From contig JACPKS010000001.1 in assembly GCA_016186905.1 (NCBI GenBank), positions 2,804-66,803 on the forward strand: DNA of 64,000 nucleotides, given 5' to 3'. Shown piece by piece: positions 54,585 through 64,000 of this stretch. A model generated the notes under the pieces. The model worked only from the letters and a program-made list of their open reading frames with translations, had not been told where the DNA came from and did no database searches. The translations under genes and the position numbers were made by a program. The stretch is from Deltaproteobacteria bacterium. Its GTDB lineage: Bacteria > Bdellovibrionota > UBA1018 > UBA923. Position 1 is the first letter of the stretch, and the number at the start of each line of letters is the position of its first letter.

Positions 54585-54941
54585 TTAAACGAGTTCCGAA
54601 AAAAGAAAACGGAATTGCTGCCGCACCAATCTTCGATCGAGGGACTGAAGCGAGCCGAGCTTTTTGCGGATGAGCGCGGTCTCCAACGTGACCACTTTCG
54701 AAAGTCGCACGAGACTCGGCTTCGGAAGACCGGCACCGTCGTGCTGTTTGAGCAATACGTCCGAAGGAAAGCGCAGCGACTGCTCGCCAAGCTGACTCGT
54801 AATCATCGCGACGATGAAATGATCCTCGAGCCGCTGCGGCGAAACCTTCGCGAGAACGAGGCATGGGCGCTGCTTTGCGGCCTTCAGGTCAGCGAATGGA
54901 AACGGGACGAGAACGACGTCAAAGATCGTTATAGATTTCAT
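54585..54941 (-). CDS. PemK/MazF-family toxin
   Basis: DVVLVPFPF.D....KQRPCLV...ITS...GLPKPS. Confidence 0.88.
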   Translation of the reverse strand: MKSITIFDVVLVPFPFADLKAAKQRPCLVLAKVSPQRLEDHFIVAMITSQLGEQSLRFPSDVLLKQHDGAGLPKPSLVRLSKVVTLETALIRKKLGSLQSLDRRLVRQQFRFLFSELV

Positions 54942-55143
54942 CGTCTTCGTTTTCCCATTCTTTGAAGCTTTTTTCGGCCGCCTTGAGAAGCATTCGATTC
55001 TCCATCTGCGACGAAAAATATGCCTCTAGCGCGGTCACGAGAATGGTCTTTTGGGATTTTCCCGATTCGGCGGCGTAGGTGCGCAATAACGCCACCAGTT
55101 CGGGCTTGTCGCTGAAATCAAAGCTCATTTTTGAGGACTTCAT
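54919..55143 (-). CDS. putative antitoxin
   Basis: Overlaps the toxin start; acidic tail EWENEDDEIYNDL; upstream ATTTATAGTTT repeated at 55145 and 55161. Confidence 0.75.
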   Translation of the reverse strand: MKSSKMSFDFSDKPELVALLRTYAAESGKSQKTILVTALEAYFSSQMENRMLLKAAEKSFKEWENEDDEIYNDL

Positions 55144-55378
55144 GATTTATAGTTTACTATATTTATAGTTTTATGGCAACTCTCGAAACACTGGCGTTTC
55201 TGTATAATTTTTAGACATCTGCATGTTGACTTCCTTAACAGCGCGCGTCCTCCTGAGTTTAAACCGCTGCCGCGCTGGCGCGCCGCGTGCAGGGTCTATA
55301 GTACGCCGAGTATGGCGTAGGATTTCCGCGCGCTCGGCGGATGGAAACCCTTGGATTAAAACTGCAAGGAGCTGGAAA

Positions 55379-55756
55379 GTGAAAAAAACATCAATCGCGT
55401 TCCTCTTATCGATGTTGATCTCCGCTTATGCGAACGCGGAAATCGTGCTCAATCCGACGCAGCATGAAGACGAAGCAAATTTTAGAAGCGACTCTAAATT
55501 TCTTTCGGAAACTAGCTCGGTTACCGCGACGATTAACCATCAGAAGATCGTGAGAGTTGCTTTGCATAATTCCTATTTCAACAGCATCGTTCATGACGGA
55601 AAGAGGTTCATGTTACCGAAGTTGGGCGCTGGTCAAGGCCACTCTGGCAGCTTCAGCATTATGGCTAACTCCTGCGGCCGCCTTGAAGTCGAATTGCAGG
55701 AATTCTCCAGAGTTAGAGGCATTTTAGATACTGAACGAGTGATCGTAAATTACTGA
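55379..55756 (+). CDS. secreted hypothetical protein
   Basis: AAGGAG RBS before GTG; signal peptide ending ANA. Confidence 0.6.
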   Translation: MKKTSIAFLLSMLISAYANAEIVLNPTQHEDEANFRSDSKFLSETSSVTATINHQKIVRVALHNSYFNSIVHDGKRFMLPKLGAGQGHSGSFSIMANSCGRLEVELQEFSRVRGILDTERVIVNY

Positions 55757-55819
55757 TTTCCCGCGCGAGGAACGCGCATCATCTCTAAGCATTCCTGCGC
55801 AAAAGACTGAAGGATAAAA

Positions 55820-55888
55820 ATGGAAACACTGATCCTCCCCGTAGTTCTCTCCGCGATGATCTGGCTGGTTGCGCTGGGCAGCCTCTGA
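55820..55888 (+). CDS. putative 22-aa hydrophobic peptide
   Basis: AAGGA RBS; METLILPVVLSAMIWLVALGSL*. Confidence 0.4.
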   Translation: METLILPVVLSAMIWLVALGSL

Positions 55889-55931
55889 AACAATCAAAAA
55901 AGGCTTCGCTTCGCTGAGGATATCATTTTTT

Positions 55932-55969
55932 GTCTACCCAAAAAAAGTCTAGACTTTTTTTGGGTAGAC
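55932..55969. promoter_or_regulatory. perfect 38-bp palindrome
   Basis: GTCTACCCAAAAAAAGTCT|AGACTTTTTTTGGGTAGAC. Confidence 0.7.
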
Positions 55970-55986
55970 CGATATGCTTTTTAAGC

Positions 55987-57189
55987 ATGCACCGATTTTT
56001 GACAGACGTTCTTCTCACGGAACGGGAGAAGTACGAAAAAATGATCTTCGTTTCCGGCCCCCGACAGGTCGGCAAGACGACGTTGTTCACCCAGCTTTCC
56101 AAATCCCTTCCGGGTTCGATTTACAATTGGGATCGGCTTCCCGACCGGCGGCGCATCACGGCTGAACCGGACTCCTTGTTTGAAGGCGACTCCGTCTACT
56201 TCGACGAAATCCACAAATTCCCCAGATGGAAAAATTTCCTGAAGGGCGGCTTCGACGCGCACGGCGACCACTGCAAGATCCATGTTACCGGAAGCGCGCG
56301 TCTCGATGTCTACAGAAGGGGCGGCGACAGCCTGCTCGGCAGATACATCAAATACACCATGCATCCATTCACGGCAGGCGAAATCCTCGGCGTGAACCGC
56401 AAGCCACTCGAACCGCTCGAGCTGGATGCGGTTTTGAGAGAAGCTAAGCCGGGCAGTTCTGAACTGATCGAAACGTGGAAACTTCTGGAACGTTTCGGGG
56501 GGTTTCCTGAGCCGTTCACGAAAGCGAACGACCGTCATTACAACCAATGGCTGCAAAACCGGCACGAGCGCCTCGTCCGCGAGGATATCCGCGACATGAC
56601 GCGAATCCGCGAACTCAGTCTTTTCGAGTCGATGGTTGCATTGCTCCCCTCCAAAATCGGGAGCCCGCTCTCCCTGAACTCCCTGAAGGAGGACCTTTCC
56701 GTTTCCCACGACAGCATCCGGCTTTGGCTGTCGCTTCTGGAGGAATTCTATTACCTCTTCGGTTTGCCGTGCCACAGCGAAAAGGTGGCTCGTTCTCTGA
56801 AAAAAGAAAGGAAGATTTATCTCTGGGATTGGTCCGAGATCGACGACCCGGCGATCCGCTTTGAGAACATGGTCGCGTGCCACCTGAACAAGTTCGTCGA
56901 TTACATGACTGACTCCGGCCTGGCGAAGTGCTCGCTGCGCTATTTCAGGGACAAGGAGAGAAATGAAGTCGATTTCATCGTGCTGAAGAATAGAAATCCA
57001 TGGTTCATGGTCGAGGCCAAACTAAATGACCGATCGATCCAGAAAGCGCTTCTTTCGGGAAGCAAAAAGCACGGGAGCCCGCCCTGCATCCAGCTCGTGA
57101 ATGATTTCGGCACCAGCTCTCATCGCAAAATCGACGGAATGGACTACTACGTGATGCCAGCGGCGATTTTTTTCAGGGAGCTTATTTGA
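55987..57189 (+). CDS. AAA_14 ATPase with DUF4143 domain
   Basis: [31 protein letters not shown]...EAK. Confidence 0.9.
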   Translation: MHRFLTDVLLTEREKYEKMIFVSGPRQVGKTTLFTQLSKSLPGSIYNWDRLPDRRRITAEPDSLFEGDSVYFDEIHKFPRWKNFLKGGFDAHGDHCKIHVTGSARLDVYRRGGDSLLGRYIKYTMHPFTAGEILGVNRKPLEPLELDAVLREAKPGSSELIETWKLLERFGGFPEPFTKANDRHYNQWLQNRHERLVREDIRDMTRIRELSLFESMVALLPSKIGSPLSLNSLKEDLSVSHDSIRLWLSLLEEFYYLFGLPCHSEKVARSLKKERKIYLWDWSEIDDPAIRFENMVACHLNKFVDYMTDSGLAKCSLRYFRDKERNEVDFIVLKNRNPWFMVEAKLNDRSIQKALLSGSKKHGSPPCIQLVNDFGTSSHRKIDGMDYYVMPAAIFFRELI

Positions 57190-57304
57190 CTGTTCAGTGC
57201 CCAGATGAGCTTGAATCCCTTGCTCGCGCTGCAAGGCGCCGTAAAAAGTAGGCTGGCACCTTTCGACAAATTCCCATACCCTGCCCTGACGGGGAAAATT
57301 CGAC

Positions 57305-60175
57305 TTGGAAACGCCGGAAGAGCCGAGATTCATGCGCCTGCGCGGCGCGCGCGTGAACAATCTCAAGAACATCAACATCGACATCCCGCTCAAGCGATTC
57401 ACGATCGTGACGGGACTGTCGGGCTCGGGCAAGTCCTCGCTCGTCTTCGACACCTTGTATGCCGAAGGCCAGCGCCGCTACGTCGAATCGCTCTCGACCT
57501 ACACGCGGCAGTTCTTGGAGAAAATGGCGAAGCCCGACATCGACTCGCTCGACAACATCAGCCCGGCGATCGCGCTCGAGCAAAAAAACCACGTCAACAA
57601 CAGCCGCTCCACCGTCGCGACGATGAGCGAGCTTTATGATTATCTGCGGCTGCTTTTCGCGAAGATCGGACGAACATCCTGCGTAAAATGCGGCACGCGC
57701 GTCGAAGCGGATAACCCGCAATCCATCGCGCGCAAACTCGCCGCCGAGCCCGCGGGTTCACGTTTTTACGTTCTCGCTCCGCTTTCTGAAAAACTTCTCG
57801 CGAAGAAATTCTGGCCCGAAAAAAGAAAGTCGCTCGTTCAGGCGGGCTTTGAGCGCATCGTGCTGGACGCCGAAACAGACGGCGAGGCGATCGCGGAACT
57901 GGCTGCGCTCGACGGACTTCCGCCGAAACTCAAAGCCGCGTATCTCGTCATCGACCGCATGTCGCTGCCCGGCGATCCCGTCAAGGATTCGCGCCTTCTT
58001 GAAGCGATCGAACAGGCGCTGGCGCAGGCCGGTGGGCGCATCGCGGTCGCGTTCGTGGGCGCCAAAGACGAGCCCTGGCGATACGTGCAGTTCTCGTCGA
58101 AATTCCGCTGCGACGCCTGCGGCATCGATTATCGCAAACCCGAACCGCAGATGTTCTCGTTCAACAGCCCGCTCGGCGCGTGCGCCGAGTGCTCGGGCTT
58201 CGGCTTCAACCTCGAGCTCGACGAAGACCTCGTCGTTCCCGACAGACGAAAAACCCTGCGCAACGGGGCCGTCGATCCGTTCACGAAGCCGGCGTACCGC
58301 GACTGGCACGACGACCTGATGAAATTCTGCGAGAAGCACAAGATCGGCACCGGCAAACGCTATGAGGACTTGAGCTCGGCTCAACGCGATTTGATCTGGA
58401 ATGGAGACGGCGGCGGCGGAAAGCTTTTTCCCGGCATTCGCGGCTGTTTCGAGGAATTGAAAGACTGGAAGTACAAACTTCACGTCCGCGTGTTCATCCG
58501 CCGCTACCAAAATCCGAAGCTCTGTCTTTCGTGCAAGGGTTCGCGGCTCAAGGCCGAAGCGCTCGCGGTGCGCGTCGATTCGCGCAGCATGGCCGACGTT
58601 TTGGCGCTCTCGATCGAGAACGCGAACGCGTATTTCACGAAGCTTGCCGGCGAAAAAGCGCTGCCCAAGCAGGATCGAGAGATCGCGCGGGATATTTTGA
58701 AGCAGATCGGCGGCCGGGTACGGTTCCTGAACGACGTCGGCGTGGGATACCTGACTTTAAGTCGCCTCGGAAAAACCCTCTCGGGCGGCGAATGCCAGCG
58801 CATCAGCTTGGCGACCCAGCTCGGCAATCGTCTCTGCTCGACGTTGTATGTTTTAGACGAGCCCAGCATCGGGCTGCATCCCGCCGACACCGAAAAACTG
58901 ATCCGGCTGCTTCATCAGTTGCGCGATCACGGCAACACCGTCGTCGTCGTCGAGCACGACCTCGACGTCATCGCTGCCGCCGACTACATGATCGAACTTG
59001 GGCCGCATGCGGGCCGCAAGGGCGGCGAAGTCATCGTGCAAGGCCCGCTCGATAAGGTTCTCGACGCGAAAGGCTGCCTCACGGCGAAATATCTTACGGG
59101 CGCGTTTTCGATTCCCGCTCCGCCGACTCGCCGGCCGCGCGGCGCGAAAGCGCTCAAGATCGTCGGCGCGTGCGAGAACAACCTCCGGGAGGTGACCGTG
59201 GAATTTCCGCTGCATCAGTTTATCGCGGTCACGGGTCTTTCCGGCAGCGGCAAAACGACTTTGGTTCACCGAACTCTTTACAACGCGCTCTCGCGGCTTT
59301 TTCACAAGGAGAATGTGCCGGTCGGAAAATTCCTGCGCCTCTACGGCGCCGACTACCTAAACGACGTCGTGCTGCTCGACCAACGGCCGATCGGAAAGAG
59401 CGCGCGCTCGAATCCAGCGACGTATTTGAAAATCTGGGAGGACATCCGCAAAATCCTGGCCAACCAGTCGCTTTCGATCCGGCGCGGATACGGCCCCCAG
59501 CATTTTTCCTTCAACGTGGACGGCGGCCGCTGCCCCGTTTGCAAGGGCGAAGGCGAAATCACGCTTGAGATGCACTTCATGGCCGACATCAGGCTTCCCT
59601 GCGAGGAGTGCGGCGGAAAAAGATTCAAAAAGAACGTTCTCGAGGTGGAATTCAAACGGAAAAACGTGGACCAGCTTCTGCACGCCACGGTCGACGAGTG
59701 CATCGAGCTCTTCCGCGAGTATCCCTCGACCTCGGCGAAGCTGCAGACCCTGAAAAAAGCGGGGTTGGGCTATCTCGAGCTCGGGCAGAGCTCGACGACG
59801 ATGTCGGGCGGCGAGTCGCAGCGCCTGAAGATCGCGTCGGTGCTGCAGGAAAAATCCACGTCGAACATGCTCTATGTTTTCGATGAGCCGACAACCGGAC
59901 TGCATCTTGACGACACGAAGCGCCTGCTCGCGGTTTTGCACGATTTGGTCGACCAGAAAAACACGGTGGTCGTGATCGAGCACAATCTGGAGCTCGTTTC
60001 GCAGGCCGATTGGGTCATCGACATGGGCCCCGGCGGCGGCGAACACGGCGGCCGCCTCGTGGCGGCCGGCACGCCGGAAGAAATCATCGAAAATCCAGAA
60101 TCTCTTACGGGGCGTTTCCTGAACTCAAGGCATAAACCTTCGGCTTACTCAAACCGCCAAATTCCCCTTGCCTAA
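57305..60175 (+). CDS. uvrA: excinuclease ABC subunit A
   Basis: Two ABC modules ([17 protein letters not shown]) and Zn fingers. Confidence 0.96.
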   Translation: METPEEPRFMRLRGARVNNLKNINIDIPLKRFTIVTGLSGSGKSSLVFDTLYAEGQRRYVESLSTYTRQFLEKMAKPDIDSLDNISPAIALEQKNHVNNSRSTVATMSELYDYLRLLFAKIGRTSCVKCGTRVEADNPQSIARKLAAEPAGSRFYVLAPLSEKLLAKKFWPEKRKSLVQAGFERIVLDAETDGEAIAELAALDGLPPKLKAAYLVIDRMSLPGDPVKDSRLLEAIEQALAQAGGRIAVAFVGAKDEPWRYVQFSSKFRCDACGIDYRKPEPQMFSFNSPLGACAECSGFGFNLELDEDLVVPDRRKTLRNGAVDPFTKPAYRDWHDDLMKFCEKHKIGTGKRYEDLSSAQRDLIWNGDGGGGKLFPGIRGCFEELKDWKYKLHVRVFIRRYQNPKLCLSCKGSRLKAEALAVRVDSRSMADVLALSIENANAYFTKLAGEKALPKQDREIARDILKQIGGRVRFLNDVGVGYLTLSRLGKTLSGGECQRISLATQLGNRLCSTLYVLDEPSIGLHPADTEKLIRLLHQLRDHGNTVVVVEHDLDVIAAADYMIELGPHAGRKGGEVIVQGPLDKVLDAKGCLTAKYLTGAFSIPAPPTRRPRGAKALKIVGACENNLREVTVEFPLHQFIAVTGLSGSGKTTLVHRTLYNALSRLFHKENVPVGKFLRLYGADYLNDVVLLDQRPIGKSARSNPATYLKIWEDIRKILANQSLSIRRGYGPQHFSFNVDGGRCPVCKGEGEITLEMHFMADIRLPCEECGGKRFKKNVLEVEFKRKNVDQLLHATVDECIELFREYPSTSAKLQTLKKAGLGYLELGQSSTTMSGGESQRLKIASVLQEKSTSNMLYVFDEPTTGLHLDDTKRLLAVLHDLVDQKNTVVVIEHNLELVSQADWVIDMGPGGGEHGGRLVAAGTPEEIIENPESLTGRFLNSRHKPSAYSNRQIPLA

Positions 60176-60243
60176 CCCTGCCCTCTTTCGCTAGTAAAAG
60201 TTCATTGGTTTTATGTCTTTTGCACCCGAAAAAGACTTTTGTA

Positions 60244-60278
60244 AGGGGGAGGGCTCGGAAGGGCCCTCCCTTTTTTTA
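60244..60278. terminator. terminator between convergent uvrA and ppiD-like genes
   Basis: GGGAGGGCTC-GGAA-GGGCCCTCCC followed by a T-run. Confidence 0.75.
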
Positions 60279-61589
60279 TCACTCCGCCGCGTCTTCCGCT
60301 TCCCCTTCGGCTTCGACCGCCTTGTTCACCACGATCTCCGATTTCCTGCGCGCCTCTTCCATCCAATCGCGGTAGACCTGCTGCGCCTTCTTCATCTGCA
60401 GCGATTTGGCGAGGCCGTCGCGGCTCTTGAAAAAATCGCCATCCGCCGGTTTGAAAACCCGTAGATTCAGCGCCACGACGTGATTCACGCCCGCGTGGTA
60501 GAGCACGGCGTGTTTTTCGAGCGGCGAAAGCTGCCGATACGCATCCGTGATCAAGCCGGTGACCGGGCCCATCCCCGCGATCGCGGCCTGCGATCGGTTG
60601 AATTTCTCGCTCGTCTTGAGCTCGAGGCCCTTTGACTTCAAGTACGCTTTGAACTCCGCGGGAGAGCTCTTTTCCGCTTTCGCATAAACTTCCTCGGCAA
60701 GATCCGAATTCGACTTCGTGAGTTCCTGCGTACGGCGATCTTTGATGACGTCGATGATCACGGCGCGTTTGGCTTCCTCAAAAGTCAGATACTCGGGCTT
60801 TTCCGGAGGAGGAGCCTTCTCTCCTTTTTTCGGGGCCGCGGCCTTCTCGCTATTTTTTTTGGCGGGCTTCATATATTCCTGCTTGGCCTGCTCGTAATAT
60901 TTCTTCGCTTGCTCGAGATTCTCGGGCTTTTTCAGAAATTCCCGGATTTCGACGTCGTGGACCACCATTTTTTTTCGCAGCTCGGCCCGATCGAGGAACA
61001 CGTAATCCACCTGACGGCGATCTTCAGCCGTGAAATACTCGTCACGAAGCTCCCTGTCGGATGCCTTGGGAATTCCCTGAATGAACTCCGCTGCGCGGGC
61101 CCGAAGCGCGTCGTCGCGGATCGTCTCTTCGAAATCCGGCGGCGACAACCGGTTCGCGGCGAGAATTTGCCGATACGTCGCGGGATCGAACTTGCCGTCC
61201 TTCTTGAAGTACGTCATCGCCTCGATCTTCTCGCGCACTTCGACGTCGGAGATCACGAAGCCGAGCTTTCTCGCCTCTTGCAACGCGAGTTTTCGCCCGA
61301 TCAACTCGTCAAGCACCTGGCGGCGAAGGCCGAGCTTCTTTAGAATCTCGAGATCGGCCTTCCCCTTGAACATGTTCTCGTAATATTCCATGCGCGAACG
61401 GTATTCGCGCTCGAATTCATTCAACCCTACCGTCTCTCCGTTGACCTTCGCCGCGAACGCTCCGCCGCTACTGTAACGGCTCGCCGTTTTCGGGCTGTAG
61501 ACTCCGTAGAAAACGAAGACGAGCGCGATCGCGCCGATAATGGCGCCGGCGACCACCGGCCCGAAACTTTTTCGCATTTTTCCAAGCAT
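60279..61589 (-). CDS. SurA N-terminal domain / PpiD-like chaperone
   Basis: ML..MRK + TM helix, AKVNGE, ISD.EV, F..DGKFD...Y. Confidence 0.82.
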   Translation of the reverse strand: MLGKMRKSFGPVVAGAIIGAIALVFVFYGVYSPKTASRYSSGGAFAAKVNGETVGLNEFEREYRSRMEYYENMFKGKADLEILKKLGLRRQVLDELIGRKLALQEARKLGFVISDVEVREKIEAMTYFKKDGKFDPATYRQILAANRLSPPDFEETIRDDALRARAAEFIQGIPKASDRELRDEYFTAEDRRQVDYVFLDRAELRKKMVVHDVEIREFLKKPENLEQAKKYYEQAKQEYMKPAKKNSEKAAAPKKGEKAPPPEKPEYLTFEEAKRAVIIDVIKDRRTQELTKSNSDLAEEVYAKAEKSSPAEFKAYLKSKGLELKTSEKFNRSQAAIAGMGPVTGLITDAYRQLSPLEKHAVLYHAGVNHVVALNLRVFKPADGDFFKSRDGLAKSLQMKKAQQVYRDWMEEARRKSEIVVNKAVEAEGEAEDAAE

Positions 61590-61634
61590 GGGACCCTCGA
61601 GTTTGTCTGACCTAGGTGTTATAGTTCATATAAA

Positions 61635-62465
61635 ATGTTCAAGCTGCTCAAGGAATACCGGTTTTACGTCTCGATCGCAATTCTGCTTTTGCTTCCCATC
61701 CTCGCCCTTAACACAAGCAAACAGGAAAAGTCGGATTTCAGCTTTTTCGACCGGACCGTGCTTTTCGTGACAGCGCCCGTGCAGGAAGCGATCACGTACG
61801 CCGTCGATCACGCGGCGCATTTTCTGCAACGGTACATCTTCGTCGTCAATCTCAACAAGACCCACGCTGAAGTCGTCGAGGAGAACCGGCGCTTGAACAA
61901 CGCGCTCCATAATTTTAAGGAAATGGAAGCCGAGAGCAAGCGCCTGCGTGCGCTCCTGCAGTTGCAGGAGCGTATCCCGGAGAGCAAGATCACCGCTCAG
62001 GTCATCGCCAAGGACGTGAGCATCGAGTTTAAGTCGATCCGCATCAACAAGGGCGCGCGCGCCGGCATCGAGAAGGGCATGGCCGTCGTCACGCACGAGG
62101 GCGTGGTCGGAAAGATCTTGAGGACCGCTCCGGAATATTCCGACATCCTCACGATGCTCGACGACCTTTCGTCGATCGACGCGATCGTGCAACGTTCGCG
62201 CGCGCACGGGCTGCTTGAGGGCATGACCGATACGGCGTGCATCCTGAAATACGTGCTGCGCACCGACGACATCGAGGCCGGCGACACGATCGTCACGTCG
62301 GGCCTCGACGGTATTTACCCGAAAGGACTGATGCTAGGAAACGTGCTGAAGGTCGCGAAAAAAAGCTACGGCATCACGCAAACCGTCGTCGTGCGCCCAA
62401 GCGTCGACTTCAGCAAGCTTGAGGAAGTTCTCGTGATCCTCAAACAAGACAAGAACATCCTCTAG
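61635..62465 (+). CDS. mreC: rod shape-determining protein MreC
   Basis: INKG...G...GMAV....GVVG; VTSGL.GIYPKG. Confidence 0.95.
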   Translation: MFKLLKEYRFYVSIAILLLLPILALNTSKQEKSDFSFFDRTVLFVTAPVQEAITYAVDHAAHFLQRYIFVVNLNKTHAEVVEENRRLNNALHNFKEMEAESKRLRALLQLQERIPESKITAQVIAKDVSIEFKSIRINKGARAGIEKGMAVVTHEGVVGKILRTAPEYSDILTMLDDLSSIDAIVQRSRAHGLLEGMTDTACILKYVLRTDDIEAGDTIVTSGLDGIYPKGLMLGNVLKVAKKSYGITQTVVVRPSVDFSKLEEVLVILKQDKNIL

Positions 62466-62475
62466 GCCGGAAAAT

Positions 62476-63027
62476 ATGTACCGCGGTTTTTTTCGACGGC
62501 TGAATCTCGTGATCTACCTGCTGATCGCCGTATGCGCGGCGATCCTGCAGTCGACGGTTTTCCATTACTGGCCGTTCAACTACCTGCACCCCGACATCGT
62601 CTTCGTCATGGCCGTTTATTTCGGATACCGAAGAAGCCTCGTCGAAGGAAGCCTGCTCACGATTCTCGCGTCGCTCGTCATGCAGGCCCATAGCGGCGCC
62701 GGCCAGCATTTTCTTCTCACGACCTACGTTTACGTCTTTTTGCTCGCGCATCTTTTCAGCCGCCTTTTCGTGATCAAAAAGGCGGTCGCGACCGCGGGGA
62801 TGGGTGCGGCGCTTTTCGCGCTCAAACAGATCGGCATTCTCGTACTGCTCGGGCTGCAAGGCCGCTCGCAGAACGCCGCACAGCACCTGCTTCTTCACTT
62901 CGTGCCGAGCCTGGCCGTTCAAGCGGCGATCCTGCCGATTCTTTTCGAGTTATTCCACCGGCTCGACTTGCGGACGTGGTCTGACGCGCACGCCGAAGAC
63001 GACTACGACTTGAACAAGGAGATATGA
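62476..63027 (+). CDS. mreD: rod shape-determining protein MreD
   Basis: Multi-TM protein with PD motif, between mreC and mrdA. Confidence 0.8.
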   Translation: MYRGFFRRLNLVIYLLIAVCAAILQSTVFHYWPFNYLHPDIVFVMAVYFGYRRSLVEGSLLTILASLVMQAHSGAGQHFLLTTYVYVFLLAHLFSRLFVIKKAVATAGMGAALFALKQIGILVLLGLQGRSQNAAQHLLLHFVPSLAVQAAILPILFELFHRLDLRTWSDAHAEDDYDLNKEI

Positions 63028-63030
63028 ACC

Positions 63031-64000
63031 GTGTCGTTCCTGGGCCAAGACGAGCAGATCCGTGAGTTTCAGAGCCGCTTCCGGTATCTTTACATCGTGC
63101 TGGGCACGGCGCTGGCGCTGCTTTTCGCGCGGCTGTGGTACCTGCAGGTCATCCGGGGCGATACGTTGCGCCGCTACTCCGAGGAAAACCGCATCAAGCG
63201 CGTGAAGGTCAAAAGCCCTCGCGGCATGATTTTCGACCGCAACAAGAAACTCATCGTCGACAACCGCCCGGCGTTCGACCTCGAACTGACGCCCGAAGAG
63301 CTCTACTCGACGAAGGAATGGAAAAAAACCGTCGAGCACATCTCGCGGATCATCGGCGTCAAGCAAGACGGCATTTTGAACACGCTCGAGGCCGCGAAGG
63401 GGCAGCCGCGCTTTCTTCCCATCAAGATCAAGCAGGACTTAAGCGACGAGGAAGTCGCGGTGATTGAGTCGCATAAATTGGAACTTCCCGGCGCGAACAT
63501 CATGATGGACATCAAGCGCACGAACCTCTACCGCGATCTGGCGTCGCACCTGATGGGTTACATCGGAGAGGTCAACGCCGCGGAATTGCCGAAACTCAAC
63601 CGCGGCCTCAGCGCCGACGGCATTCCCTATAAAATGGGCGACGTCAGCGGAAAGTCGGGGCTCGAAACCCGCTGGGAATCGGTTCTGCGGGGAATCGACG
63701 GCGAAGACTATCTCGAGGTCGACGCCTTCGGACATCGCCGGAAGGCCACCGACAGCATCGCGGGCGGCCTGCAGAGCAAGCCGAGCGTTCCCGGCAAGAA
63801 CCTCATTCTCACGATCGACCAGGACCTGCAGGTCGCCGCCCTCGAGGCGATGCACAAGCTTTTTGGCGACAAAAAAATCGGCGCGGTCATCGCGATCAAT
63901 CCGAAGACCGGCGAGATCCTCGCGTCGCTCAGCCAGCCGAGCTTCGATCCGACCGAGTTTTCGCGCGGCATTTCGCCGGAGCGCTGGAACGAGCTCTTGA
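63031..64000 (+). CDS. mrdA: penicillin-binding protein 2 (partial, runs off the window)
   Basis: RLWYLQV, PRG.IFDRN, GKSGLE, LTID.DLQ; frame open to the window end. Confidence 0.92.
   Translation, partial: MSFLGQDEQIREFQSRFRYLYIVLGTALALLFARLWYLQVIRGDTLRRYSEENRIKRVKVKSPRGMIFDRNKKLIVDNRPAFDLELTPEELYSTKEWKKTVEHISRIIGVKQDGILNTLEAAKGQPRFLPIKIKQDLSDEEVAVIESHKLELPGANIMMDIKRTNLYRDLASHLMGYIGEVNAAELPKLNRGLSADGIPYKMGDVSGKSGLETRWESVLRGIDGEDYLEVDAFGHRRKATDSIAGGLQSKPSVPGKNLILTIDQDLQVAALEAMHKLFGDKKIGAVIAINPKTGEILASLSQPSFDPTEFSRGISPERWNELL

Noticed and set aside
61590-61635. No mreB upstream of mreC
   Set aside because: Unlinked mreB is known in Bdellovibrio-like genomes; not evidence of gene loss.

Overview
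GC-rich bacterial chromosome segment, most likely Bdellovibrionota/Oligoflexia. That placement is an inference from the short 277-aa flagellin, mreCD-mrdA without adjacent mreB, and many orphan signal-peptide proteins. The housekeeping backbone contains tryptophanase, HU, potABCD, trmB, flagellin, groESL, sdhCAB, Mrp/ApbC, folE, lipA-E2-lpdA-lipB, a GGDEF cyclase, uvrA, a ppiD-like gene and mreCD-mrdA. Three more AT-rich accessory regions interrupt it. (1) A defence-like island downstream of tRNA-Ser (1-6976) holds a RelE-like gene coupled to a Shedu/DUF4263-like nuclease split by an intact IS3, plus a HigB / HigA-ImmA / beta-protein operon converging on an sce7726-like gene. (2) A patchwork after tRNA-Phe (27605-36750) holds a decayed IS481, a hairpin cluster, a MITE, a PIN TA pair, a PTP-like phytase and a large secreted nucleotidyltransferase + ADP-ribosyltransferase-like protein. 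(3) A MazEF-like pair, a small peptide and an AAA-DUF4143 gene lie at 54585-57189. Strongest leads: the secreted NTase-ART fusion, a three-copy nested palindrome family with variable spacer, and the HigBA-protease/beta/sce7726 module. No CRISPR array, rRNA or reverse transcriptase was seen. All family calls come from motif recognition by eye; no database search was run.
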